Shown piece by piece: positions 1 to 10,504 of a stretch of DNA of 58,712 nucleotides. Made by a program: the position numbers and the translations under genes. The notes beneath the pieces are model-generated. The model was not told where the DNA came from. It was given only the letters and a program-made list of their open reading frames with translations, and made no database searches. Origin of the DNA: a virus (Duplodnaviria > Caudoviricetes); IMG/VR virus record IMGVR_UViG_3300049489_000482, positions 1 through 58,712 of that record; one strand, 5' to 3'. Each line of letters opens with the position of its first letter. The first letter of the stretch is position 1.

Positions 1-36
1 TGACGGTGGTATGGGCCTCGGGGTTGACAAAAAAAC

Positions 37-158
37 ACGACCGGCCTCCAAGCACCGTCTCCAGTTTGTCCTCGAACGCACCCCACAATGCGTTCATCGG
101 AGCCGGTGTGATCGCCTCAAAGCCGGCGAGGTAGTTTACGGAAGCCATACCGGCTTGT
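37..158. repeat. Terminal direct repeat, left copy (assembly circularity overlap)
   Basis: 122 nt identical to 58591-58712; nt 1-36 look like a noisy version of the sequence preceding the right copy. Confidence 0.95.
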
Positions 159-1941
159 CCCCTCCTCCAGTAGGTCCAGATGTCGAGTTAACCTTCGGTG
201 TTCTGCGCCCGATTTCCACTGTGCTGCCGCCGCCGAAGATGCCGGTCGCGGCGGTCGCTCCGGTAGTCCATCGCCAGCGCTCACGCCGGTTCACGCGGTG
301 AAACTCGAGAAAGTCCTGCGGCGCCAGGTATTCCGGTGGCCCGAACTTCACGGCGGTTTCCCCGGTGTGGAACCGCTCGGTGACGCTGACGACCATCGCC
401 TGCATCGTCGCCCATGCGGCCTTGCCGCCCGTCAGGTTGAGGCGCTTCCCGACGTTGATGGTGCCGACGCACTCCTGGCGCGTGTCCTCGATGCTGCCGG
501 AATAGTGCAAGATCGCCGCTGAGTCATACAGAAACCGCGCCAGCCCTGCCGGTTCCGCCTCCCCATATGCATCGTCCGTGGCGTTGGAGTATGTGCCGGT
601 TTCGGCATCTGTGCTCACAATGTCCACTGTAATCACTTGTGGCGGGTTCCCACTGAGCCCGACCTTTTGCTGAAGCTCGCCGCCGGTTTCCGCGCTCCAT
701 TTTTCGTAGCTCAGTTCCGCCTTGATTGTCTCGTCCTCGCTTTGCACTCCCATCCAGTCCGGGATGGTGCCGACCGTCAGTTCGCGCGCCAGGTTCAGTT
801 CCCCGTTCCTTGTGCCCACAGCGACAGAGATGTTCCGGATGTATCCGGTCTTAAGCCACGGGATTTTTTCCTTCCACCACTCCAAACGCACGGCAGCGTC
901 AGCACTGAACGCGTCGATGGTGCCGACTTCGACCTGCGTTTTGATCGTGGTGCGTCTCGCCCCTTCCAGGTCGAACGTTACGACCATCACGCCGACGCCT
1001 GCGGTGTTCACGTCGGCCGGCCACTTCTGCTCGGTGATGTCCATGATTACCTGACCGTCCGCCTCGTTCCGTTTTTCGAAGCGGCAGACGACTCCGTCTC
1101 GCCGCAAGTCGTAGCGAGGCGTGATGTCCGACTTCACATTCGTCCCGTCGCCAAGCGCCCAGGTCACCGTTTCGAGCCGCTTCCAGATGCGGCAGTGGAA
1201 CGTCGGCGCTGGCTCATCGTTCTCGTCAAGCGTCGTGTAATCCCACCAGGTGACCGCGTCCGGCGACCAGCGCAGGATGTTCTTGATGACTTCCGCCACG
1301 GTGATGTCGCGATACTCGTTGAGCGCCACCGTGATCGCGTCAAAACCATCTGCGCCGGCCGTGCGGATGATATCCACGTCGCCGAGTTGAATGGCGACGC
1401 CGGAGCGGTCGATTGCAAACGTGATGGCCTCTTGAATCTGTTCCTCGACGGTGAGGATGGTCGGGATGCCGCCGACTTCCTCGTCTAGCACCACCTTCCA
1501 CGGGATGATGACGTGCGTGGTGTCCTTCGCCTCAAACTCCGCCGTTGGCTTCAGTGTCTCTGGGTTGATTGATCCGTCCCACGAAAACCACTGTTGCTGA
1601 AAGGTGATATTTTCCAGATCCCACCACGGTCCCACCGCGGTGTATAAATGCGTCTCGTCCTGCGGCCCGAGCACAACCGGGTGTTCTACCACCGTCCCCA
1701 CGAAGACAATGGTTCCCCCCGTGAGTGTTCCGTCAACGGCTTGGTTCACGTCGCGCCGCAGGATGATGCGGCTGCCGTTCGGGAAGGAATGCTCGGCGGT
1801 GCCGTCCTGCAGGGTCATGCGAAACGACAGCGTGTCCGGCGCTTGCGACTTGGTGACCTTTGTCACGTCGGGATCAATGGACCAGTCTGCCAGCGTGCGA
1901 TGGTCGCCGCCGTCCAGTTCTAGGGTCATCACGGTTGGCAT
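136..1941 (-). CDS. Putative tail tip/baseplate hub protein
   Basis: 601-aa ORF directly after the tape measure gene; its 3' end overlaps the ATG of 54647-58702 across the circular join; function from position only. Confidence 0.5.
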   Translation of the reverse strand: MPTVMTLELDGGDHRTLADWSIDPDVTKVTKSQAPDTLSFRMTLQDGTAEHSFPNGSRIILRRDVNQAVDGTLTGGTIVFVGTVVEHPVVLGPQDETHLYTAVGPWWDLENITFQQQWFSWDGSINPETLKPTAEFEAKDTTHVIIPWKVVLDEEVGGIPTILTVEEQIQEAITFAIDRSGVAIQLGDVDIIRTAGADGFDAITVALNEYRDITVAEVIKNILRWSPDAVTWWDYTTLDENDEPAPTFHCRIWKRLETVTWALGDGTNVKSDITPRYDLRRDGVVCRFEKRNEADGQVIMDITEQKWPADVNTAGVGVMVVTFDLEGARRTTIKTQVEVGTIDAFSADAAVRLEWWKEKIPWLKTGYIRNISVAVGTRNGELNLARELTVGTIPDWMGVQSEDETIKAELSYEKWSAETGGELQQKVGLSGNPPQVITVDIVSTDAETGTYSNATDDAYGEAEPAGLARFLYDSAAILHYSGSIEDTRQECVGTINVGKRLNLTGGKAAWATMQAMVVSVTERFHTGETAVKFGPPEYLAPQDFLEFHRVNRRERWRWTTGATAATGIFGGGSTVEIGRRTPKVNSTSGPTGGGDKPVWLP

Positions 1942-1945
1942 GGCT

Positions 1946-4414
1946 TTATGATGGTCTGCTGTTCCGAACCTGTTGCTCGACGGTGGCTAGGCGCCCCTCG
2001 ATCTCCGCCATCAGGGCGATGGCTTCTTCTACCGGCGCCAACCCGGAGTTGATGCGCTTCGCTGCGCTGGCCAGCGCCTGAGCGGTGTCCCCAATTTCTG
2101 ACACGCTTGTGTTCAACGATGACACGTCCGGCGTTTCGCCTCGGGTTTGCGGCACATATCTTCGACCTGTGGTCGGGTCGTAGAATCGTCGTTCCTCGGT
2201 CACCTTCTGGATGTCCTCTTGCAGCTTCTTGTAGATGCCGCGGATTTGCTCATCAATCAGCTCGTTTTCCTGACGGTTCTTGGTCGTTCCGGTGCCCATC
2301 CGGAGTAACTCCGCCTGGATGTCCGCCCTGTCCCGCATCAGGTTGATGCGGCCCCTCACCGGCTTGCCATCCCGCCAGAAGTCTTCCGGCGGTAGGTCCT
2401 GCTCCATCGCGTTGTCGATGCGTTGCACGCGCGTTTTCAGCGTCGTCTCCCGCTCGCGGCGTTTGGCCTCCGCGATTTCCGACGCCGTTTTGATGCCCGC
2501 CACCTCCGCCCTGGTTTTTTCCTTGCCTTCCGCAGACGCTATTTGGCGTTCCAACGCAGCCATGCTGCGCTGCAATTGCGCGAAGATGGCAGCATACCCT
2601 TTTTGCAGCGCTTCCAGAGTTTGACTCTCCTCCGCGATTGCCTTGCCTCGGCTTTCCACGAATCCGATCTGCGTCAGCCGCCGGTCCTGACTGACTATTG
2701 TCCCCAACAGCCCCGCGGCGCCGCTGGCTTCACTGTGCGCCTGCTCTCCGGTCATGCCTCCCAGTTGCCGACTCATCAACGGCCCTGCACCTCCCGGCGT
2801 AAGCGCCGCCAGCGTGGTGATGGCGTCAACGTTGCTTCCGGCCAACGGCTGCAGCGTGTGTGCCCTGTTTTGAAAATAGCGCATCAAGGCCGGTGCTCCT
2901 TTGCGCTTGGCCGCGAAATACTCCGGGTCCTCCTGCCCATCCATTCGCGATTCAAAGCGCGCCAGAAGTTGCGCCAACTGCGACCGGGACGATGCTGACT
3001 CGCGCTGCAACCCTACGCGCTCCACCGCCAGGTCCTCCGTCGTCTTGTCGCCAGACGCCTCGCGCACGCGAGCGGCCTCCAACTTCAACGCCGCCACACG
3101 ATCCGCAGTGTCGGTCTGCTCCATTACCATCCGGTCGTGTTGGTCGCGTTGCAGTGCCAACCGCTTCCTCATCGCTTCCGTGGTGATTCCAGCCTTGCTT
3201 GATTCGAACTGGCTTTCTATCGCCGCCCGCCCCGCGATGTTCTGTGCTTCCGACCGCTCTCCTGCACCGGCCTCAAACTTGGCCAGCGCAATGCGTTTCT
3301 CATTTTCCAGTTGCTCCGCCTGTGCGTCTGCGACGGCCTGAATTTCGGACGCCAGCGCCTCCATCGCGCTGACCGCCTTACTCGCCTCCGTGGCGATGCC
3401 TTCCAGATATGCCTTGAACCGCTCCGCTCGCTCGGTGGCAGCACCCATGCTCTCCGCCAGATCGCCAAAGTTGTTTTTGAGCCCCGGCATGGCCGCAATC
3501 GTTCCGCCTGTCGCGTGCCTGATCCATTCAAAGGAGGTTTTCAACATCCCGGCGGTGCCTTGAAGCACGCCCGTCTCAGCGATGAAGTTGCCGACACCCT
3601 TGGAGATGTCATCCAGGTCGTTTTTGAACGACCGCCATTGTCCGGACAGTGTGCGCGCCGTCACCTCCATTTGACCGCCGCCCCGTTGCGCGAGTTGTTG
3701 GAACACTTGATCCAGTTGCTTGGCCTGGCTCGCGGTTTCATCGACCGTGATTCCGTAGCGCCGAAGGAAGCCCATGTTTCCGTTCATTGCTCGGGTCATG
3801 ACGTGTGCGGCTGTTTCGATGTCGCCGCCCATGATTCCCGCAAGATTTTTCACCCCTTGCGCGTAACGCTCCAAGTCGTCGGTCCTGACGCCCTGCTGCA
3901 CCAGTTTCGTCATTACCGCTATCCACGCCTCACCGCTCACAGTGGTTTCGTTTTGGAGCACCTCCGCCAGTGCTTGGAACTGCTCCCGTGCCTCTTCTGT
4001 AAGTTGTCCGGTTTGTGCGAGCGCCGCGTCAAACTTCGCGATCACTTCCTGCGCGCCCATGAATTCATGCACAGCGTGGCGCGCGTACATGATGGCGGAC
4101 CCGACGGCCGTGAACCCGGCCGCGACGGCTCCCAGCGGTCCCGACGCGAGTTCTGTCACCACCGATTTGAACCGCTCAAAGCCTGGGATGGCATCCGTTA
4201 CCCGGTGAACGCTGGCGCTGAGTTTGTCCGTCCAATGCGCGGACCCGTCGAAATTCGCCATAACGACGCGGACGCGTTGCAGCCGCGCTTCAAGCTCGGT
4301 GAAGTCCTTGCCGAGCATCTTGGCCCGGCCAATGTCGCGCTCTAGCTGCGCCTCGACGCTCTTGGCACCGCTCAGTTCCGCCGACGTTGTGATCTTGAAG
4401 TCGATGTCACTCAT
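1946..4414 (-). CDS. Tail tape measure protein
   Basis: 822 aa, Ala/Gln/Arg-rich and helical; TMP-like segment (AMNGNMGFLRRYGI...TLSGQWRSFKNDL). Confidence 0.75.
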   Translation of the reverse strand: MSDIDFKITTSAELSGAKSVEAQLERDIGRAKMLGKDFTELEARLQRVRVVMANFDGSAHWTDKLSASVHRVTDAIPGFERFKSVVTELASGPLGAVAAGFTAVGSAIMYARHAVHEFMGAQEVIAKFDAALAQTGQLTEEAREQFQALAEVLQNETTVSGEAWIAVMTKLVQQGVRTDDLERYAQGVKNLAGIMGGDIETAAHVMTRAMNGNMGFLRRYGITVDETASQAKQLDQVFQQLAQRGGGQMEVTARTLSGQWRSFKNDLDDISKGVGNFIAETGVLQGTAGMLKTSFEWIRHATGGTIAAMPGLKNNFGDLAESMGAATERAERFKAYLEGIATEASKAVSAMEALASEIQAVADAQAEQLENEKRIALAKFEAGAGERSEAQNIAGRAAIESQFESSKAGITTEAMRKRLALQRDQHDRMVMEQTDTADRVAALKLEAARVREASGDKTTEDLAVERVGLQRESASSRSQLAQLLARFESRMDGQEDPEYFAAKRKGAPALMRYFQNRAHTLQPLAGSNVDAITTLAALTPGGAGPLMSRQLGGMTGEQAHSEASGAAGLLGTIVSQDRRLTQIGFVESRGKAIAEESQTLEALQKGYAAIFAQLQRSMAALERQIASAEGKEKTRAEVAGIKTASEIAEAKRRERETTLKTRVQRIDNAMEQDLPPEDFWRDGKPVRGRINLMRDRADIQAELLRMGTGTTKNRQENELIDEQIRGIYKKLQEDIQKVTEERRFYDPTTGRRYVPQTRGETPDVSSLNTSVSEIGDTAQALASAAKRINSGLAPVEEAIALMAEIEGRLATVEQQVRNSRPS

Positions 4415-4455
4415 ACGGTGTCCCCCTTACGCCGGGGCGTGCGGTGCGGCGAGGA

Positions 4456-4908
4456 TTATTGCGGCGCGGAAGGCGGCGCGATCGGGTCGATGTCGAGAAT
4501 CGGCTCGAGCGCGGCGATGTCGGCCGCCGAGATTCGAGCGTCGGCAGGGAGCGTGATCTTGTGGTTCAGGAACAGTTCCACGCTGGTCTGGCAGAGCGCG
4601 GTCATCTCCGCGTGAAAGGTCGCCTCGTTCTCCGGGAGGACGCGGAAGCGCTCGGGCGAATACGGCTTTCCCTTGTTCGGGTTCGGCTTGTCACCAACCG
4701 TCTCACGGTCATCCACGACCAGTGCGCCATGCCGCTTCACCGCAGCGTTCCTGGCCTTCATGTAGTCGTCCGCAGCCGTCTGCATCTCCCGCGCACATCG
4801 GGCGATGGCGTAGGCGTCCTTTGGAGCGAGCTCGATCTTTCGGAGCGCGTTGAATGCTGCGGCGAAACCGCCGTTGATGATGGTGCCGAGAGGAAGTGTG
4901 AGTTTCAT
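4456..4908 (-). CDS. Hypothetical phage protein (DUF1617-like)
   Basis: Start MKLTLPL; pattern 'AYAIAR...RNAAVKRHG...ISAADIAALEP' resembles a common tail-region family. Confidence 0.45.
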   Translation of the reverse strand: MKLTLPLGTIINGGFAAAFNALRKIELAPKDAYAIARCAREMQTAADDYMKARNAAVKRHGALVVDDRETVGDKPNPNKGKPYSPERFRVLPENEATFHAEMTALCQTSVELFLNHKITLPADARISAADIAALEPILDIDPIAPPSAPQ

Positions 4909-4991
4909 GGTGGTCGTTGTTTTCGTTGCGCTGTTTGTAGGTGCTGCCGTTCCGTTCGGCAAACCATTTCTCCACCAGCCTGTGGGCGGCT

Positions 4992-5687
4992 TTAGAAGCT
5001 GGCGTAGAACAGCCCCGAGCCGCTGTTGTAGAGGTCGGCCACTTCGGTGTCGGACAGCGCCCGGCCCCACACGCCGAACTCGTCGAGGACTCCGTTGGAC
5101 TGGTAGCCCCACGACTCGGTTCCAATGTAGAGCACCGGGCTTGAGGAAGCGTTCAGAACACCAATCGAGCCGGAGGTGTTCTCGACGCCGTTCAGGAACA
5201 GGCTGAGTTCGCTGGCGTCCTTGTCGTAGCGGACGACGATGTGATACCAGGTGTCATTGCTGAGTGTAGTCGCGTCAGACGCCGACTGCCAGCCGCCGTC
5301 GTAGTGCCACACCGTCAGCGTGCCGCCGGTCAGGCGCAGCGCCACGCCGCCGAACGCTTCCCACGACCATATAGCCTGATCCACGCTGTTGTCGGGTGTC
5401 TTGAACCACAGGCTGACCGTGTAGCTCGCATCGTTCATCGGGAACGCCGTTGTGCCACTCTCAGTCAGGTAGCCCGGCCCGGTGCCGGCGTCCAGTGCGT
5501 TGCCGTCCTTGCCGGTGACGTAGCCGACCGTCCCGGTTTCTGTCAGGTCAACATTGGTGGTGTGCGCGTCGGTGGCGTCGTCCAGCGAGTAGTAAGCCCA
5601 CAGGGTGTCCAAGAACCCACCGCCGCCACCGCCTCCGCCCGGTTGCCCAGCGGCCAGCAGTGCTGGATTTGAAAGGCCAAATTTCAC
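4992..5687 (-). CDS. LamG/concanavalin A-like lectin-domain virion protein
   Basis: YTVSLWFK, WYHIVVRYD, LFLNG, GVLDEFGVWGRALSDTEVADLYN motifs; GTG start overlaps the upstream stop. Confidence 0.8.
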   Translation of the reverse strand: MKFGLSNPALLAAGQPGGGGGGGGFLDTLWAYYSLDDATDAHTTNVDLTETGTVGYVTGKDGNALDAGTGPGYLTESGTTAFPMNDASYTVSLWFKTPDNSVDQAIWSWEAFGGVALRLTGGTLTVWHYDGGWQSASDATTLSNDTWYHIVVRYDKDASELSLFLNGVENTSGSIGVLNASSSPVLYIGTESWGYQSNGVLDEFGVWGRALSDTEVADLYNSGSGLFYASF

Positions 5688-7465
5688 ACGTTTTCCACGT
5701 AGGTCGCCAGAACGTCGCTGTCCGTTGTCCCCAAGCACTTCAGCGCCAGCAGCGCTGTGGCTGACGCCGTCATCGCGGCCGGCGCTCCCCCGGTGTTGAA
5801 CCACCGCCATCCCGCTGGCCAAGTCAGGCTTCGCGCGGACCCGTCGTCCGTCAACACCACCAGCACGCCGCGCCCAGCGGCCTTGTTGCTGAATGTGAAC
5901 GTGGAAATGTCCTCGTCCACATCAACGGTGATCACTCCCGCCCCGGCAGCGTCGATCACCAATGTTCCGGACGCAATGGCTGCGGCATCCACGGTGTCGC
6001 GCAGTGATTCCACGATCACCTCCCCGGTGAATGTGTCGCCGTCAATGTCGGCCGGCGTGTAGCCGAGCGCGGCCTGCTTCGCGTTGAACGCGATCCAGTC
6101 GTCCTTGTCGAGATACCCGTCGTGCGTCGAGTCCGCGACGTGCATGGAGATGATGCCTGTGGTGCTGCTGTAGTCCACCGGCCCAGCCCCGGACACCGCT
6201 GCCCTGGCTCGTGCATCGGTGTAGTAGAGGTTGCCGCCCTCGGTCACGTCGTCGGTGTCGTAGTCTCCCGACGCGGCGACCACGGCTCCGGTGCGGCCAT
6301 GCACCGAAGTGACCGGGGACCATGTCGCCAAGTCGCCTTTTTTGGCCACCGTGTCGTTGTCCACGGAATACGCATAGGTGTCGTCGCGGTACAACCCGAA
6401 GTTGTAGGTCCGGCCCGGTCCACCTCCCGCTCCCGGATGCTCAACGAGCAACGTCGCCGCAGGTGCATCAAACCCTCCGTTGTCCACCGTCACCGACACC
6501 ACCACCGTTCCACCGCGTTTGCCGTGGAGGATGACGTCGTGGTATGTTGCGGCTCCGGTGACGTCCCCAGTGATTGCTGGGTCGTCGAAACTAAGCCCCG
6601 AAATCGCCGGGTCCGTCAGCGTGCAAGCCGCCAGCGTCCACCCAGTGAGCGTTCCAGCGGTGCCGCCAAACGTCGGCGAGTTGATCGTCGGCGAGTTGAT
6701 CGTCGGCGATGTCAGCGTCTTGTTTGCCAACGTTTCCACTGCACCGATGCGCGAGATCAATCCGGGGTTTGTGGACCCATCAAAGCCTCCGTTTTGCGTG
6801 CCCACGGTTTCGTTGCCGCACTGTCCATCGTCTCCTCCGGTGTCCGAGTCGAAATGCCAAAATTGATCGTCCTCATTCCAGATTTGCCACGCCGCCCGCA
6901 CAAAGCTGGTCTGAAATCCTGTGAGTCGCAGAAACCGCGCGTCACATTCATCCGCCGTGAAGTAGAGTGGATCACCAGGCTCGGGCGCGGTGCCGCCGAC
7001 GACGTGACCGTCCTGCTTCACCGTCAGCGTGGTGCAGCCGAGCGTGATGTTCCGAGCCGGCGTGTCATTGGTGATGGCGCTGATGACAACCCAGAACTGT
7101 TTTGAGTCGTTTGTTCCTAGATCGAGTTCGCTTTCTTCAAAGGTGAACGTGATCTCCACATGCTGCGCGGTTCCGGCCAACCAAGTTTCCTGCGTCGGGT
7201 TGGTGAACGGCCCGGCCACCGTCTTTGCCATCAGCGCTGCGCCGGTTTTGTCTGCCAGCGGCTTCACCTCGCACGTGATGCTGGAATACGCTGCGCCGTC
7301 CACGAGCGCCGTCTTCGCCTTGTCGCTGAACAGCCCGAGTTGAATGGACAGGTCTGTTCCCGCCCACATGTCCGGCGTCGAGCCGGTGACGGCATCCTGC
7401 CACTGGTCGGTGCTCCGCACGTTCAGCGCGGCCCGGATTAAGTCTCTGCGGATGATGTCTGGCAT
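5684..7465 (-). CDS. Tail fibre / receptor-binding-like structural protein
   Basis: NKTLTSPTIN repeats, VTSVHGRTGAV, 'EGGNLYYTDARA' and C-terminal 'RSLTWPAGWRW' are typical of fibre proteins. Confidence 0.7.
   Translation of the reverse strand: MPDIIRRDLIRAALNVRSTDQWQDAVTGSTPDMWAGTDLSIQLGLFSDKAKTALVDGAAYSSITCEVKPLADKTGAALMAKTVAGPFTNPTQETWLAGTAQHVEITFTFEESELDLGTNDSKQFWVVISAITNDTPARNITLGCTTLTVKQDGHVVGGTAPEPGDPLYFTADECDARFLRLTGFQTSFVRAAWQIWNEDDQFWHFDSDTGGDDGQCGNETVGTQNGGFDGSTNPGLISRIGAVETLANKTLTSPTINSPTINSPTFGGTAGTLTGWTLAACTLTDPAISGLSFDDPAITGDVTGAATYHDVILHGKRGGTVVVSVTVDNGGFDAPAATLLVEHPGAGGGPGRTYNFGLYRDDTYAYSVDNDTVAKKGDLATWSPVTSVHGRTGAVVAASGDYDTDDVTEGGNLYYTDARARAAVSGAGPVDYSSTTGIISMHVADSTHDGYLDKDDWIAFNAKQAALGYTPADIDGDTFTGEVIVESLRDTVDAAAIASGTLVIDAAGAGVITVDVDEDISTFTFSNKAAGRGVLVVLTDDGSARSLTWPAGWRWFNTGGAPAAMTASATALLALKCLGTTDSDVLATYVENV
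6671..6709. repeat. 15-bp tandem repeat (about 2.6 copies) encoding SPTIN
   Basis: cgtcggcgagttgat repeated. Confidence 0.85.
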
Positions 7466-7474
7466 GGTGTGTCC

Positions 7475-7897
7475 TTATGCGCTCGTTAGTTTTCCACCAA
7501 CGACAATGTAGGCGTGTGTGACGGAAGCTCCCTTGTGCTCAACAAGCACGACCGACGGAACGCCTCCGGTCATGAACTTGGATGTGGTCCCGGAGCCGGT
7601 GTCGGCGGTGGACAGAAATTCGATCCGCCCAACTCGCGGCACCGCGTCCTCGTGCTCCAGAAGAAACTGCTCCGCCTCGTAGTTGGTAGCAAACGTTCTT
7701 TTTACCTGGAACTCGAATGTGTTCCGCGTGTTCTTGCGGTCGAAAACCTCAACGCTGGCCGCACGGAATTTCTCGACGACTTGAAGAAGCCGCACGCCGT
7801 TCTGGCGCAACCCTGCGGGTGCCTCAGAAGGAACATTCCCGGCGAGCGTGAACGGCGCGCTCGGGGGGACGGTCTGCGGCGTGATCGTGATCTTCAT
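7475..7897 (-). CDS. Putative minor tail protein
   Basis: 140-aa ORF tightly packed in the tail module. Confidence 0.45.
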   Translation of the reverse strand: MKITITPQTVPPSAPFTLAGNVPSEAPAGLRQNGVRLLQVVEKFRAASVEVFDRKNTRNTFEFQVKRTFATNYEAEQFLLEHEDAVPRVGRIEFLSTADTGSGTTSKFMTGGVPSVVLVEHKGASVTHAYIVVGGKLTSA

Positions 7898-7906
7898 TCA
7901 TCGGAC

Positions 7907-8866
7907 TCACGCGAGGGTGAACAGCGGCCCGTTGACGCCGCTCGGGAACGAGCGCGTTGCGAGGAAGCCGAACTCGCCGCCGCGCAGCGTTGTGTTGCCG
8001 AACTTGAACCCGGCCTGCTTCAGCGCCGCGTTCTTCACCACCACCGTCGGTGACGAGCCGCTCACAGGCGCGATGGTGAAGTCGTGTGAGGTTGCGTTGC
8101 GTGACCGGCCGCGTGTGGCACCGCTGCCTTGGATGCCGAGCGCGGAGATCATGTTCGCCTCCGTGACGCCGACCGGGATGCACCGCGCCATGACGCCGAC
8201 GTCCGCCAGCGTCATGCCCTGCGTGCCGGTCCCGTCAACCTCGGTCGGATCAAACCTGGTGTCGAACGCCACAACGACGCCGGTGCTGGTGCTGAACGAG
8301 TCGAGCGGAGACTGCCACGCGCAGGTGTAGGGCTGCGTGATGATGGCTGACGGGTCGAACTCCGTATCCGACGCGGGAGCGCCTGCCGCGGCATTGATTG
8401 TGACGAGCGAGTTGTCCGCGCTCCATGCGGTGTTGTCCTTGCGGACGCAGGTGAACTGCACTTGACCGAGCAGCGTCTTGGTGCTCGCCAGCGTGATGTC
8501 CGGCATCTTGGTGACCGCCGCAGCGTGGAACGTGTACGTGGTGCCAGCCAGCGTGTGGATGACCAGCGGACTGTCTCCGGCGGTTCCGTCTGCGGCGGTG
8601 AAGATCTCCGCGCCGATGGTGAGGATGGCTCCGTCCTGGTTGCTGAAGTATGGATAGAGCACTTCGAGGCTTTCCCACTCGCCGACGGGCGTGAACGAAA
8701 TTTGCGGAAGCACGTCTTTGTCTCGCTCGTCCACCTTGCCCAGCGCCGACGTTTCCACGCTGAACGTCTCAATGTTGAAGTTCAGGTCGATGTCGCCCTG
8801 GCTCCAGAAGGTCGCTCCGCGATACGTGATGAGCGCCGGCCCGCGGATGATAGATGATCTTGTCAT
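7907..8866 (-). CDS. Putative major tail tube protein
   Basis: Start MTRSSIIRGPA; Thr/Ser/Gly-rich beta-type protein after the head-completion genes. Confidence 0.6.
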   Translation of the reverse strand: MTRSSIIRGPALITYRGATFWSQGDIDLNFNIETFSVETSALGKVDERDKDVLPQISFTPVGEWESLEVLYPYFSNQDGAILTIGAEIFTAADGTAGDSPLVIHTLAGTTYTFHAAAVTKMPDITLASTKTLLGQVQFTCVRKDNTAWSADNSLVTINAAAGAPASDTEFDPSAIITQPYTCAWQSPLDSFSTSTGVVVAFDTRFDPTEVDGTGTQGMTLADVGVMARCIPVGVTEANMISALGIQGSGATRGRSRNATSHDFTIAPVSGSSPTVVVKNAALKQAGFKFGNTTLRGGEFGFLATRSFPSGVNGPLFTLA

Positions 8867-8959
8867 GTTTGTGCTTCCTGGTTCCGCCAGTGGTCGCCCA
8901 GTGGCTTGATTCGATTTCCCGCTTACGCCGCGCACCCGTGGTTGTCACGGGAAAAAGTG

Positions 8960-9697
8960 CTACGTGAAGTCCAACCGCCCGCAGTCGCTCGGGATGTATC
9001 CGTCTTTGAAGGCGACGGCACGCAGCGAGCAGGCGCTGGCAATGGCGACCGGCGTCACGCCGTCCCACTGCTCCGCCGCCGCGTTCCCCTCATACGGGAG
9101 CGATCCGTCGATGGTGTACCAGACGACCGCCGAGGACGGGTTGACCGTGAACGTGGCTGTTGCCGGCGATGCCGTTCCGTCCGGCGCCTCGATTCTCTGC
9201 ATGGCCACCTTCCGGAGCGGCGATGGCCTGGCCTCCGTAGTGGCGAATCGCACCTCATACGCCACCGGCGCGATCGGATCCTCGACTGGAACGATGGTCG
9301 GTTCCTCCCCGATCATGGCGGTGAACAGCCCCGCCGACGCGTAGAGGTGGAATAGGGCGACCAGATGCCGCGCGATTTCCAGAGCGGCCTTGCCGGTGCC
9401 GCTGGCACCGCCGTTAAAGAGCGGGTCCTCGAGCACACGAAAGCTGATGCGAATCTTCACCGGCGATCCGGGGACGTTCTGTAACTCGATTGTTGCGAGC
9501 GGCGACTGAACCACGACGGCGGCGCCGATCTTCGAGTTCGTCTTTGTCAGCGTGGAGAGGGCGATCTGGACTTCACTTGAAAGGACGCCTTTGTCCTGCC
9601 GGAACGATGCGATGTTTTGGAAGAACGCGTCAGATAGGATTCGCTGGAAGCATTCGACCTGTGTGTCGGTCAGTGTTTTGTTTGCGTCGTCGCTCAT
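8960..9697 (-). CDS. Tail-completion-like protein with C-terminal chitobiase/Fn3-associated Ig-like domain
   Basis: C-terminal 'VWYTIDGSLP...TPVAI...LRAVAFKDGYIPSD' signature. Confidence 0.6.
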   Translation of the reverse strand: MSDDANKTLTDTQVECFQRILSDAFFQNIASFRQDKGVLSSEVQIALSTLTKTNSKIGAAVVVQSPLATIELQNVPGSPVKIRISFRVLEDPLFNGGASGTGKAALEIARHLVALFHLYASAGLFTAMIGEEPTIVPVEDPIAPVAYEVRFATTEARPSPLRKVAMQRIEAPDGTASPATATFTVNPSSAVVWYTIDGSLPYEGNAAAEQWDGVTPVAIASACSLRAVAFKDGYIPSDCGRLDFT

Positions 9698-10359
9698 GAT
9701 TTACCCCACGCTTTGCGTTGAATGAAGGCATCTGACGCCTTGGCGAGCGCGGCCGCAAACTCTTTCTGAGTCGGCATCAGTTCAGGTGTCCCCTGCTGAT
9801 GCACGCTCGGGACGAGCCAGTAATACACCCGCCCGCCAACGACGGCCTTCTTCTTTTCCTTGGCCACGACTCCCGGCGAGATGCCCACCTTGCGCGACTT
9901 GATCAGCGTTGCGACGGCCTCGACCAGGGCGTACGGCTTGCCACTTTTACCAAAGGCCATTGTGAGGTTGCCGAACTCGCCGGCCCGTTTCCCGTGAGCC
10001 TCGGCGATCGCTGGCAGGGTCAGGTACTTCGTCGGCTTGCCGCTGTAGCGCGCTTCATTGACGCCTGCGGTGATTGTGCCGCCGAGCCACGCCTGCCGAA
10101 TGCCTACTTGGTTGACGCTGATGGTGATGACCGTCGGGTCCACTGTGTAGCTCGTGCCGCGTGCGGCCTGGCCGTAGAAGTGCGTCCGCTTCCCGCCCAG
10201 CTTGTTCGGGTGCATCCGGTCGAACGAGTAGAGGTTGTCCCGGACGAGGTTCTGGCCGGCGCGACCGAGCACCTGCTTTAGGTCGGGGTGATGCAGGTAA
10301 ACCGCGAGATTCCTGATTTTGCTCAGGTCGTTCCCGTAAATGCTGACGGCGTAGGCCAC
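9694..10359 (-). CDS. Putative neck/virion morphogenesis protein
   Basis: Basic protein with 'GGTITAG...KYLTLP'; position; GTG start inferred. Confidence 0.5.
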   Translation of the reverse strand: MAYAVSIYGNDLSKIRNLAVYLHHPDLKQVLGRAGQNLVRDNLYSFDRMHPNKLGGKRTHFYGQAARGTSYTVDPTVITISVNQVGIRQAWLGGTITAGVNEARYSGKPTKYLTLPAIAEAHGKRAGEFGNLTMAFGKSGKPYALVEAVATLIKSRKVGISPGVVAKEKKKAVVGGRVYYWLVPSVHQQGTPELMPTQKEFAAALAKASDAFIQRKAWGKS

Positions 10360-10504
10360 AGACCATTGCTCTACTCCGTTTGCCGCGTTTGGCGAGTGCT
10401 GAGTTGTTTGATGACCGGCGAGTTGCCCGGCGTCCGCTGCGGCTCGCGCTCCGCGTCCGGGCAACTCAGCGTTCCGCGAGTTGCGTCTTGCTTAATGCGT
10501 AAAA

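Noticed and set aside
1-36. Divergent first 36 nt as an attachment site or host junction
   Set aside because: Resembles an error-rich copy of the sequence before 58591; more likely a contig-end artefact.
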